Assembly (NCBI GenBank): GCA_963850875.1
Contig: CAWKNA010000003.1
Coordinates: 78,972-142,971 of the forward strand
Length of the DNA stretch: 64,000 bases
Direction: 5' to 3'
Source: an uncultured Actinomycetota bacterium
GTDB taxonomy: Bacteria; Actinomycetota; Actinomycetes; Streptosporangiales; Streptosporangiaceae
The notes under the pieces: generated by a model
Seen by the model: only the letters and a program-made list of their open reading frames with translations
Databases searched by the model: none
Told to the model about the DNA's origin: nothing
Translations under genes and position numbers: made by a program
Shown: positions 1 through 9,118 of the stretch, in pieces
Position numbering within the stretch: the first letter of the stretch is position 1
How the letters are laid out: each line of letters starts with the position of its first letter

Positions 1-1439
1 ATCCGGAACGCGCGGTCGAGCTGCTTGAGCACGGCCGCGCGGTGCTGTGGTCTCAGCTGCTGCAACTGCGCGGTGAGCTCGACGATCTGCGCCAGTCGGA
101 ACCGGCCATAGCTGATCGCCTCGCTGCGATCCGGGCAGCCCTCGACCAGCCAGACGACCAGCGTGATCTGAGCTCGAGCGCTGCCGACGCTGATCCCGCC
201 GCCGCCCAGCCGGACCAGGCAGGGCTGGCTGATGCCCGGATGCGCTATGCCGCCGAATGGGATCAGCTGGTGGAGCAAGTCCGGCAGCGGCCCGGTTTCG
301 AGAACTTCCTGGACGTTCCGCCGTACGCCGAGCTGGCCCGGGCGACCGCAGGCGGCACCGTGGTGATCATCAACGTCAGCAGGTACCGCTGTGATGCGCT
401 CGCGGCGACTCCGACCGGGCTGACCGTCATCCCGCTGCCCGGCCTGACATCGGATCAGGTGCGTGACCGGGCCAACGCATTCCTGGCCGCGGTGTGGGCG
501 CTCGCCGCCCCAGGCCAGCTCGCTGGCAGCCAGGCTGTGGCGGCGGACGGCGTCATCAGGGACGTGCTGGGCTGGCTATCAGATGCCGTCACCGACCCGA
601 TCCTGGCCGCCCTGCGGCTGGCCAGGCCGGCCGGGGTCACGTCCGGCGACGCGCTGCCCAGGATCTGGTGGTGCCCAACCGGCGCGATGACAGTCCTGCC
701 GCTGCATGCGGCGGGTCAGCACCACGCTGGCTCGACCGGCGACTGCGTCCTGAACCACGTCGTCTCGTCCTACACCCCGACCCTCCGCGCGTTGTATGCG
801 GCCCGGACCCGTCCGGTCCCTGCGGGCTCGGATAGTTCGCGAATGCTGCTGGTGACCATGCCGGTCACGCGGTATCTGGCCGGCGGCGCGCCGCTGCCCG
901 GCGCCGCGGACGAGGCTGAGGTCGTCGCCAGACACTTCCTGCCGAATACCACGCACCTCACCGGCAACCTGGCGACCAGGACGCACGTCCTGACCGCCAT
1001 GCAACGCGCCAGTTACGCTCATTTCGCCTGCCACGGCGGCATCCAGCCCGCCGACCCCTCAGCGGGTGGCCTGTACCTCGATGACGGTCCGCTGACCATC
1101 AGGCAGCTGTCCGAGTGCGACCTGCCGGCCGCCGAGCTGGCCTTCCTGTCCGCCTGCCAGTCAGCGACCGGAAGCCTGCGGCACCTGGACGAGGCGATCA
1201 CCATGGCCGCGGCGACCCAGCTGGCTGGATTCCGCCATGTGATCGGCACGTTGTGGTACATCGCCGACACCGTCGCTCCCGACGTCGCGCGTGGCGTCTA
1301 TGCCGCGCTCACCGGCGCCGGTGGCGGCCAGCCCGCGGTCATCGACAGTGCCCGAGCGCTGCATGACGCCACCAGCCAGCTGCGAGCTGCAGGTCACCCG
1401 CCCATCCAATGGGCGCCGTACGTGCACACCGGACCCTAG
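1..1439 (+). CDS. CHAT domain (caspase-like) protein, C-terminal part; 5' end outside the window
   Basis: The frame is open from base 3 (PERAVELLEHGRAVLW precedes the listed GTG at 42). CHAT-like motifs SYAHFACHGG and LAFLSACQSATG are present. Stop at 1437-1439. Confidence 0.8.
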   Translation, partial: PERAVELLEHGRAVLWSQLLQLRGELDDLRQSEPAIADRLAAIRAALDQPDDQRDLSSSAADADPAAAQPDQAGLADARMRYAAEWDQLVEQVRQRPGFENFLDVPPYAELARATAGGTVVIINVSRYRCDALAATPTGLTVIPLPGLTSDQVRDRANAFLAAVWALAAPGQLAGSQAVAADGVIRDVLGWLSDAVTDPILAALRLARPAGVTSGDALPRIWWCPTGAMTVLPLHAAGQHHAGSTGDCVLNHVVSSYTPTLRALYAARTRPVPAGSDSSRMLLVTMPVTRYLAGGAPLPGAADEAEVVARHFLPNTTHLTGNLATRTHVLTAMQRASYAHFACHGGIQPADPSAGGLYLDDGPLTIRQLSECDLPAAELAFLSACQSATGSLRHLDEAITMAAATQLAGFRHVIGTLWYIADTVAPDVARGVYAALTGAGGGQPAVIDSARALHDATSQLRAAGHPPIQWAPYVHTGP

Positions 1440-1727
1440 TCGGCGGCGCGCCGGGGCTAGCCCGGGCCGGCCGAATTAGTCAGCCACCCGGCTGCGGCAT
1501 TCAAGCAGGCTCGCAGCGATGCGAGGAAGGTCCTGTTCAACGCCGGGTCGCCAATGATCCCAGGTCATTCACCTGGGTCATAACCCGCTCTTGCCGCTAA
1601 CCGGGACCAAAGGTCCTTCGGCTCGGCAACTAACGACTCTATCGCTGCCTGACCGGCAGCCTGACTATCAAATCGAGAAGTTAGTTGCCACCCGGGTAGC
1701 GCGGTGGCCAGATAGAGGAGCAGACAA

Positions 1728-2165
1728 ATGCCTGGAATCGTGGTGGGCATCGATGGCTCACCCAACTCAGAACGCGCGCTTAGCTGGGCAATGAAAGCGG
1801 CGGCTGCGCAGCATGCTCCGCTCACCGTGATAGCAGTGCACGAAGTCATGAAGAGTTACTGGACCGGCAACCCCGTCCCCATTGGCGGGGACAGCGCCAA
1901 GCTGGAGAAGACGCGGGAGGCTGCCGACGAGATGACTCAGAAGGTAGCCAGCCAACTCGGCGATGCCAAGCCAGCCGCAGTGACCTTGCACGTGGTGAAC
2001 GGCTTCCCGGCGAAGGAACTCATCGACGCATCGCACGATGCCGACCTGGTGGTGGTCGGCTCGCGTGGTGGCGGCGGCTTTGCCCGGCTCATGTTGGGCT
2101 CGGTAAGCACTCAGGTCATGCATCACGCGGCATGCCCGGTTGTCGTCGTCCCGCACGAGAAGTAG
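1728..2165 (+). CDS. universal stress protein (UspA family)
   Basis: 145 aa. IVVGIDGSPNSERAL at the N-terminus and VVGSRGGGGFARLMLGSVS..VVVVP ATP-binding motif at the C-terminus. Confidence 0.9.
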   Translation: MPGIVVGIDGSPNSERALSWAMKAAAAQHAPLTVIAVHEVMKSYWTGNPVPIGGDSAKLEKTREAADEMTQKVASQLGDAKPAAVTLHVVNGFPAKELIDASHDADLVVVGSRGGGGFARLMLGSVSTQVMHHAACPVVVVPHEK

Positions 2166-2355
2166 GCGCACCTGCGCTAGGTACGGTCTCGGCCTGACGG
2201 TCGCCCCGGACCTCGGCGGCTTCCCGCACAAGGTTTAACGGCCGCCGGCTACAGCGGTGCAGCTGAGGCTGCCCCGAACCGGCTGCCCCCAATGGGCTGC
2301 CCGGAACCTGCGCTGGCTCGTAATCTGATGCTGTCCGAACCCGCTCAGCCGTCCG

Positions 2356-2748
2356 TTGCGGAGGCGCGCCGTCATGCAGCCACGAATGACGCTGACAGCC
2401 ACAGTGCTTGACGCGCCAGACGCCAGCGAACTGGCAGCGTTCTATCGCCGCCTCCTTGGCTGGACGATCAGGACCGACGAGCCAGGCTGGGTAACGCTCC
2501 GCGCCCCCGACGGCGGGGCAGGCCTGTCCTTTCAGACCGAGACGGCCTACGTCAGGCCGACCTGGCCGGCCGGACCAGGCGATCAGCAGATGATGATGCA
2601 CTTGGACATCGAGGTCGAGGATCTCGACGCCGCCGGAGCCCATGCCATCGCGGCTGGCGCGGTCCTCGCCGAGTACCAGCCCCAGGATGATGTCCGGGTC
2701 TATCTCGACCCGGCCGGCCACCCGTTCGACTTGTGGATACGTACCTGA
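2356..2748 (+). CDS. VOC / glyoxalase-bleomycin resistance family protein
   Basis: Typical VOC pattern FYRRLLGW..., HLDIEVEDLDAA..., DPAGHPFDL. The start could instead be an internal Met at 2374 or 2386. Confidence 0.8.
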   Translation: MRRRAVMQPRMTLTATVLDAPDASELAAFYRRLLGWTIRTDEPGWVTLRAPDGGAGLSFQTETAYVRPTWPAGPGDQQMMMHLDIEVEDLDAAGAHAIAAGAVLAEYQPQDDVRVYLDPAGHPFDLWIRT

Positions 2749-2872
2749 CACGTCTCACCGTGATAGGAGCCCGCCGGCGTAATCCAGTGGTGCGGATCGG
2801 ACCTCGCATGCCACGATCCGGGTGCCAATCATCGGCAAGAGCTGGTGCGGAGGGTGAGCGGCATGGGTTGTC

Positions 2873-3691
2873 GTGGAAGGTGAACGGCATTGCGTTGTCG
2901 GTCCTGACGGTGTCAGCATCGGCATGCTGACGGCGGGGGCTGGCCGACCGCTGCTGCTCGTCCATGGCGGCATGGGCCGTCTTGAGCGCTGGGAGCCGAT
3001 CTGGCGCCAGCTGGCCGATCGATGGTGGGTGACGGCAATGGACCGCCGGGGCAGAGGATCAAGCGGCGACGCTGAGCCCTACGCGCTCGGCCAGGAGTAC
3101 GACGACGTGGTGGCAGTCGCCGCAGCTCTGGCCGACCTGGACGGGCCGGTGAACGTGTTCGCTCACAGTTACGGCGCGACCTGCACGCTTGGAGCCGCGG
3201 CTCAGGGGGCTCCCTTCCGACGCATCGCCCTGTATGAGCCGCCCGGTCCGCAGACCGTCCCGCAAGAGTGGGTCGAGCGCATGAGTGCCATGGTCGCCGA
3301 CGGGCAGGCAGGTCGCGCGACGGTCAGCTTCCTGACCGAGATCATCGGCCTGACCGCTAGCCAGATCGATCAGCTCAGGGCCGCGCCAGGAGCGCAAGAC
3401 GTGCTCCCGATCGTGTCGGCAACGCTGCCGCGCGAGGCCCACGCCCTCACGAACGTCGACCTCCCCAGCCTGGCCGCGAAGGTCGCCCAGCCGGCACTGT
3501 TGTTGCTCGGTGCCTTGAGTCCGGCATGGGCTGGCGACATCACCCGTGCTCTTGCGGCGGCGCTCCCCGGTGCCAGACTGGTGGACCTGCCCGGCTGCGG
3601 GCATGAGGCCGTCGACTCGGCACCGGACCTGGTCGTCAGCGAGCTGCAGCGGTTCTTCGACGAGGACGCGGTGCCATCCGCAGACAGCTAG
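2873..3691 (+). CDS. alpha/beta hydrolase
   Basis: PLLLVHGGMG oxyanion region and nucleophile elbow AHSYGA. The C-terminal GCGHEA supplies a His. Confidence 0.85.
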   Translation: MEGERHCVVGPDGVSIGMLTAGAGRPLLLVHGGMGRLERWEPIWRQLADRWWVTAMDRRGRGSSGDAEPYALGQEYDDVVAVAAALADLDGPVNVFAHSYGATCTLGAAAQGAPFRRIALYEPPGPQTVPQEWVERMSAMVADGQAGRATVSFLTEIIGLTASQIDQLRAAPGAQDVLPIVSATLPREAHALTNVDLPSLAAKVAQPALLLLGALSPAWAGDITRALAAALPGARLVDLPGCGHEAVDSAPDLVVSELQRFFDEDAVPSADS

Positions 3692-3711
3692 CAGAGGTCT
3701 GGCCCGCTCGC

Positions 3712-4656
3712 TCAGGCCGTCGCGATGTCCTGGGCCGAAACGTCAGCGGTCAGCTCGACAAAACCGTTGCGCAGCAGCCGGTCGCGGCTCATGGCCAGGT
3801 AGTCGGGATGCAGTTCGATGCCGACAAACCGGCGTCCTAGCCGGCCGGCGGTCAGGCTGGTCGTGCCGGAGCCGACGAAGGGGTCGAGCACCAGCTCGCT
3901 GGGGCCGGAGGCGATCCGCACGCACGGCTCGACGAGCGCCGGAGGGAACGTGGCGAAGTGGCCGCTCGCATCGGGATAAGCCTGGGTTTTCAGGTCCCAG
4001 ACGCTGCGCAAGCGACGGCCGTTCGGTCCCTGCACCTCTTGCACGTCATATTTGTAACGTTCATTTTTCGACAACAAAAATACATACTCATGAGAGCGCG
4101 TGGGACGGTCGGTCACGCTTTCAGGCTGGCAATTTGACTTATTCCAGATGATGTCCGAGCGCAGGTACCACCCCTTTTCCTGCAAGGCGAGAGCCAGCCG
4201 CCACGGCACACCGATGAGATCCTTGGGTTTGAGGCCCGGTGGGGTAAGCGGGCGCACCGGCATTGCCCTGGCACGGTTCTTCTTATCCGGGGCGCGCCAG
4301 GTCCGTCCGCCGGAGGTATACGAATCCCCGATGTTGAGCCACATCGTTCCGTCGTCCCGCAGCACCCGGCGAACCTGCTCGAACACGACTACCAGCGCAT
4401 CGATGAAGTCGAAGACAGAGTCCTCAAGGCCGATCTGGCCGTCTATTCCGTAATCCCGCAGCGACCAGTACGGGGGCGAGGTGATCACGGTCTGCACGCA
4501 GCCGGCCGGCATGGCCGACAACACGGCGGCCGCGTCACCAAGGACGAGAGCCGACTGACCATCCGGCTCCGCGAGCCGGGCGTAGTCTCGCAGCGCGTCG
4601 TGCTTCCACACCACGAATCCGGGCGCGCTCGGCAGCGGAACCGGTCGGTAGGTCAC
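3712..4656 (-). CDS. DNA methyltransferase, beta-class N4/N6 family (SPPY motif IV before FxGxG motif I)
   Basis: 314 aa. VITSPPYW is followed near the C-terminus by LDPFVGSGTT (beta permutation). The central part uses many A/T-ending codons. GTG start with no obvious SD. Confidence 0.9.
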   Translation of the reverse strand: MTYRPVPLPSAPGFVVWKHDALRDYARLAEPDGQSALVLGDAAAVLSAMPAGCVQTVITSPPYWSLRDYGIDGQIGLEDSVFDFIDALVVVFEQVRRVLRDDGTMWLNIGDSYTSGGRTWRAPDKKNRARAMPVRPLTPPGLKPKDLIGVPWRLALALQEKGWYLRSDIIWNKSNCQPESVTDRPTRSHEYVFLLSKNERYKYDVQEVQGPNGRRLRSVWDLKTQAYPDASGHFATFPPALVEPCVRIASGPSELVLDPFVGSGTTSLTAGRLGRRFVGIELHPDYLAMSRDRLLRNGFVELTADVSAQDIATA

Positions 4657-4681
4657 TGCACGGAGTGTAGGGCAGGGCGCC

Positions 4682-5776
4682 TTATCTGGGCGCGGTCCGC
4701 TGATCCAGTGGCTGCTGCGAACCGACCGAGACCAAGGACGCGGGCAGATGCAACTCGAACACCGAGCCCTGGCCTACCGTGCTCTGGACGCTCACGGAGC
4801 CGTGGTGGGCCTCCGCGATCGCCTTCACTATGGCTAGGCCGAGGCCGAACCCGCCGGTCGTCCGGCTACGGCCAGCGTCGACCCGGGAGAACCGGCTGAA
4901 GATCCGCCCGACCTCGGCAGCCGGAATGCCGGAACCTGAGTCGGTCACGGTGAGGAGGACAGTCCCGCCATCGCGTCGGGCGCTGATCTCGATCTCGCCG
5001 CCCGGATCAGTGTGATCGACGGCGTTCTCGATCAGTGCATCCAGGGCCAGGGTCAGCCGGTCCCAGTCGCCAAGCACACCTGAGCCATCCAGGGCGCCGA
5101 TCGACCACTGCCGGGGTACGTGGCTCCACCGGCGGAGGGTCTCGGCAATGAGGTCCGCGATGTCCACCGGAGCCAGGCGCAGGAAGTTCGGGCTGTCGGT
5201 GGCGGCCAGCAGCAGCAGCCGGTTAGTCAGTCGGCGCATCCGGAGCAGCTCCTGCACCGCCACGCGCGCGTCTGCCGCGATCTCCTGATCACGGGCAGCG
5301 TGTTCGATCAGCTCAGCGTGGCCAAGTGCGATAGCGATGGGCGTGCCCAGCTCGTGGGAGGCGTCCTGCAGGAACTGGCGCTGCTGGTCCAGCAGGACAA
5401 GGTTGTGCTCCGAGACCCGCCGCATCTCTTCCATGGCAGCGACTCGCCGTCGGGAATGCCAGACCATGATCACGAACATCATGGCCAGCAGCGGGACCTC
5501 CGCGAGGTAATCCCCGTCCTGTTTCCCGCGCAGGACCTGCCATCCGATCAAGCCGCCAGTGGCGAGGGTCACGGTCACGACTGTCAGCAGCGTGGATCCC
5601 AGGTGCCACAGGCGGAAGCCGTAGATCGCGGTCAGGCTGACCCAGATGATCAGGAAGGGGACGGTCTGCCAGGCGGGGATGAGCTGCATTGCCAGCAGAT
5701 TCAGTCCGATGAAGATCACCCAGGCGATGTCCACCCGGTAGGCGCCAGCCCAACGAAGAATCCGGCTACTACGCAT
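4682..5776 (-). CDS. sensor histidine kinase (membrane, no large extracytoplasmic domain)
   Basis: H-box SHELGTPIA. HATPase_c boxes ENAVDHT, DSGSGI, GGFGLGLAIV. Hydrophobic N-terminus with about 4 TM. Start set at Met104 of the listed ORF (MRSSRILRW, ATG at 5774-5776), because the upstream 103 aa are Arg/Pro-rich junk. Confidence 0.85.
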   Translation of the reverse strand: MRSSRILRWAGAYRVDIAWVIFIGLNLLAMQLIPAWQTVPFLIIWVSLTAIYGFRLWHLGSTLLTVVTVTLATGGLIGWQVLRGKQDGDYLAEVPLLAMMFVIMVWHSRRRVAAMEEMRRVSEHNLVLLDQQRQFLQDASHELGTPIAIALGHAELIEHAARDQEIAADARVAVQELLRMRRLTNRLLLLAATDSPNFLRLAPVDIADLIAETLRRWSHVPRQWSIGALDGSGVLGDWDRLTLALDALIENAVDHTDPGGEIEISARRDGGTVLLTVTDSGSGIPAAEVGRIFSRFSRVDAGRSRTTGGFGLGLAIVKAIAEAHHGSVSVQSTVGQGSVFELHLPASLVSVGSQQPLDQRTAPR

Positions 5777-6194
5777 CGCGTCAGCACCCCTCGGCGTACG
5801 AGCTGGCGGTCGTTCTGCCTGCGGCGGAGATCTGGCTAGGCGAGGCCCAGTGTCGCATGTGCCATAGATTGCCACGTCCGACCGCCATTGGCCCAGTCCG
5901 ACCGGGCATAGCTCTTGCGGATCCCTGCGGCGTACTGTGGCCGGGCCGGCTGCCTGGGGAAGGTTGCGGCGACGTCCCGGCCGGTCCACCACCTGGGTCA
6001 GACCGGGCCGTCGTCCGGTAGGCGGTTTCCGGCACGCCACCGACCTGAGTTGGCTCTTGTGGGCCGCCGCTCGGTGCGGCGGCACGGCCTGGGTCGGCCA
6101 ACCCTATACTCGGGGTCGTGTCTAGAGCCGAGGCGGACCAGCGGCACGTGGGTTGCTCGGTCGGCCACCGTTCACGCGACACACGCCGAGGGCG

Positions 6195-6608
6195 TTGACA
6201 TGGCCGGGCCAGGCGCACTTCATCATGTATGTTGCCGACCAGGTCGCCGCGACCACCTTCTGGACTGCGGTGCTTGGTTATTCCCCGTCGCTCGACGTCC
6301 CCGGAATGACCGAGTTCACGCTGACTCAGGGGGCAGTGCTTGGACTGATGCCGGAGGCCGGAATCAGGGCGCTGCTTGGGCCCGCACTGCCCGATCCCGG
6401 ATCGGCGCGGGGAATACCGCGCTGCGAGTTGTACCTTGTCGTGGATGATCCGCGCGGTCATCATGCCCGAGCGCTGGCGGCTGGAGCACGCGAACTGTCG
6501 CCATTGCGGCAACGGACCTGGGGCGACAAGGCGGCCTATTCTCTCGACCGGGACGGGCACGTTATCGCATTCGCGAGCCGTCCGCGGAGTTCTCCGGGGG
6601 GTGCTTGA
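6195..6608 (+). CDS. VOC / glyoxalase family protein
   Basis: HFIMYVADQVAATTFWTAVLG ... CELYLVVDD ... DRDGHVIAF. Start is uncertain: TTG 6195 or ATG 6225 within the listed ORF 6153-6608. Confidence 0.7.
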   Translation: MTWPGQAHFIMYVADQVAATTFWTAVLGYSPSLDVPGMTEFTLTQGAVLGLMPEAGIRALLGPALPDPGSARGIPRCELYLVVDDPRGHHARALAAGARELSPLRQRTWGDKAAYSLDRDGHVIAFASRPRSSPGGA

Positions 6609-6708
6609 TTCACGCAGGTCGTGCCTCCGAAGTCTGAGGCGAGCAGCCTGCGGCCCTGGGCTGTCCTGCATGAGGATCGCGGCCCGGTCTGTGCTGCATG
6701 CTTGGAAG

Positions 6709-7233
6709 ATGGGCGATCAGGTGACATTGCGGCCAGTCGGCGAGGATGACCTGCCGGTGGTGGAGGCGCTGACCTGGGACGAGGAGACGGCAGGGGAGTT
6801 CGCCCGGTTCGGGTGGTTCGATCGTCAGCTATGGCGGCGAGGCTGGGCCGAGAACAGACTGCTCGGCGAGGACGGCGGAGTGCTTATGGTCGTCCGCGGT
6901 GAGGAGCGGCTTGGCTTCGTGAACTGGCGACGCCGGCCGACCACGCCGGCCGGATACTGCTGGATGCTGGGGATCGCGATGCTGCCCGAAGCCCGCGGTC
7001 ACGGGTACGGCACCCAGGCACATCGGCTGCTGGCGCGTTACCTGTTCGCGCACACCACGGCGCACCGGATCGAGGCCGGGACCGAGGTGGATAACATCGC
7101 CGAGCAGCGAGCCCTGGAGAAGGCCGGATTCACTCGTGAGGGCGTGATGCGGGGGATCGGATGGCGGGGTGGAGCCTGGCGGGACGGCGTGACCTACAGC
7201 CTCCTGCGCACCGATCCGTCAGCGAGCGCGTGA
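6709..7233 (+). CDS. GNAT family N-acetyltransferase (RimJ/RimL-like)
   Basis: MGDQVTLRPVGEDDLPVV ... ARGHGYGTQA ... NIAEQRALEKAGFTREG. Only the C-terminal 174 aa of the listed ORF 6376-7233 look protein-like. Alternative start at 6670. Confidence 0.85.
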   Translation: MGDQVTLRPVGEDDLPVVEALTWDEETAGEFARFGWFDRQLWRRGWAENRLLGEDGGVLMVVRGEERLGFVNWRRRPTTPAGYCWMLGIAMLPEARGHGYGTQAHRLLARYLFAHTTAHRIEAGTEVDNIAEQRALEKAGFTREGVMRGIGWRGGAWRDGVTYSLLRTDPSASA

Positions 7234-7529
7234 TCTCCGAGACAAGCACGCTGCAGCAGACTGTCGACGTCATCCTGGCCGAGTCGCAGCTGCTGCAGGC
7301 GATTGTCATCCGGGCCGAGCACGCTGACCTGGCCGACCTGCCGTCCTGGCTGGAACTGGTGGCTGAGGTGGAGCCGTTGTTCGGGCCAATGCCCGGCTTC
7401 GCGACACACGTCAGGCGAGGAATCAGCCGCGAAACCGCTCTGGTGGTGCGCGATCCCCGAGACGCCGAGCTCCCGGAGTCTGAACGTGACGGCGGATTCC
7501 CGCCAGCATCGCGACCTGCGGCTGCCTAG
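7230..7529 (+). pseudogene. N-terminal fragment of a second GNAT-like gene (truncated)
   Basis: The GTG overlaps the preceding stop (GTGA). WLELVAEVEPLFGPMPGFATHVRRGISRETALVV resembles the N-terminal third of a GNAT subfamily (from memory). No acetyl-CoA binding core follows before the stop. Confidence 0.35.
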
Positions 7530-7570
7530 ATTCGCTTGCGAAGCGGACCCGAGCAGACCTGGAGCGGAGC

Positions 7571-8482
7571 ATGCAAGGTGGTCGGACGGTGCTTGTCACC
7601 GGCGTGAGCGGCCAGGTGGCCGGTCCGATGGCGAGGCGGCTGAGGGCAGGCGGCCTTCGGGTCCGCGCGCTGGTGCGTACCTCGGAGCAGGCGGCCGTAG
7701 CCGCCGAGCACGGGTGGGAATCAGCGCACGGCGAACTCGGCAGGCCCGAGTCACTGCGCTCCGCCGTGCGGGGTGTCGACGTCGTGGTCCATGCGGCGGC
7801 CTATCTCGGCCAGGACTGGGAGCTGGCCGAGACGGCCAACTCCGATGGCACCAGGTGGCTGGCGCAGGCGTCGCTGGATGCCGGAGTCAGCCGGTTCGTG
7901 CAGGTGTCGACCATGTCGGTGCACGGGGATCCGCAGCCAGATGGCCTGGATGAGGACAGCCCGCTGGCCTTGGCTGACACTCGCAGCGCCTATGTAGCGA
8001 CCAAGGCCCGGGCCGAACTCGCGCTGGCCGAGGTGCGAGCGCGCGGCCTGGCGGCCGTTATTCTGCGGCCCGGCGCGATCTGCTCCGCCAGGAATTCCAA
8101 ATGGGGCGACATTCTGATCACCAGGCTGCGCGATCCGGACTGGCGTGACAGGTGGCACCCGGACGACGTCATCCCGTGGGTCCATACCGACGACCTCGCG
8201 GAGATGACCTGGCTGGCGGCAACGCATCCGGCGGCGGTCGGCCAGACCTTTCTCGCCGTGGACGCGAACATCGCGATTCGCGACTATTTCATTCCGATCA
8301 TGACGGCGATGCGCCTGCAGGGGATCACTCCGCCGGACCGGGCGCCATTCCTGAGCCGCTGCCGGATCGGGAAGATCCGCACCGTGCTCGGGTACCGTCC
8401 GCAGCGGACGTTCGAGCAGACCCTCGAAGAGCTGACCAAGCTGGCGGCCGCAGTGCCCGCCACTGCCCCGGCGCAGCGATGA
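7571..8482 (+). CDS. NAD-dependent epimerase/dehydratase (SDR superfamily)
   Basis: Rossmann motif VLVTGVSGQVAG. 303 aa. Typical extended-SDR layout. Confidence 0.85.
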   Translation: MQGGRTVLVTGVSGQVAGPMARRLRAGGLRVRALVRTSEQAAVAAEHGWESAHGELGRPESLRSAVRGVDVVVHAAAYLGQDWELAETANSDGTRWLAQASLDAGVSRFVQVSTMSVHGDPQPDGLDEDSPLALADTRSAYVATKARAELALAEVRARGLAAVILRPGAICSARNSKWGDILITRLRDPDWRDRWHPDDVIPWVHTDDLAEMTWLAATHPAAVGQTFLAVDANIAIRDYFIPIMTAMRLQGITPPDRAPFLSRCRIGKIRTVLGYRPQRTFEQTLEELTKLAAAVPATAPAQR

Positions 8483-9118
8483 CCCAGGTGGCCGCCGGCG
8501 GCGCAGGTCCGGCGGCCCGCTGACCGCAGGCTGTGGCTGCACCTGGCGGTCGCCGCGCTGCTGATGAACACCGTGCCGTTCACGCTGCTCGCTTACGGCG
8601 AGCAGCGGATCAGCTCAGTGGACGCCGGCTTGTGGAACGCGGCGACACCGCTGCTGACCTGGCCGGCCACGATCTGGCTCGTCCCGGACCAGCGGCCGGA
8701 CGGCCGCCGGATCGCCGGGCTTGCCGCGGGCTTCATCGGCGTGCTGATACTGCTCGGCGGCGCCCCGCAGCTTGGTGCCCGCACCCTGGCCGGCGACGCG
8801 CTGTGCTTCGCCGCCGCGTGCTCGTACGGCGCCGGGTTTCCGTACTCGCGCCGATTCCTCGCCTCGTCCGGACCCGCGCCGGTAACCCTCGCAGCTGGGC
8901 AGCTGTGCTGTGCGGTGGTCCAGCTGACAGCGATCGCCGTGCCGGTTACGTCCGCACCACGGCAGCTGCCGCCGGCCGCGGTTCTCAGCGTGGTAGCGCT
9001 CGGCGCCGCGGGCACGGGCGTGGCCTACATCCTGAACTTCACGATCGTGGCGAGCGCGGGCGCCACGGTCGCCTCAACTGTCACCTATCTGGTCCCGATC
9101 TGCGATGGTCCCGGCTAA
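8483..9118 (+). pseudogene. EamA/DMT family transporter, truncated at both ends
   Basis: The frame opens right after the SDR stop with no ATG/GTG before 8564. RLWLHLAVAALLMNTVPFTLLAYGEQRISS matches an internal EamA region, so roughly the first 60-70 aa are missing. It ends at TYLVPICDGPG*, where EamA proteins continue for about 35 aa. Confidence 0.45.

Noticed and set aside
1603-1616. Calling the usp-upstream palindrome a bona fide DosR/DevR box.
   Set aside because: The half-site spacing is one nucleotide longer than the consensus GGGAC-N4-GTCCC, so it is reported only as a generic palindrome.
3692-4681. A restriction endonuclease partner for the methyltransferase.
   Set aside because: The MTase is flanked by a convergent hydrolase 20 nt away and by the kinase stop 25 nt away. 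There is no room for a partner gene and no candidate ORF.
5781-6671. A 296-aa minus-strand ORF upstream of the histidine kinase, considered as a possible missing response regulator.
   Set aside because: No receiver (DD...D...K) or HTH pattern. The sequence is Arg/Pro/Gly junk and overlaps a good VOC gene on the other strand.
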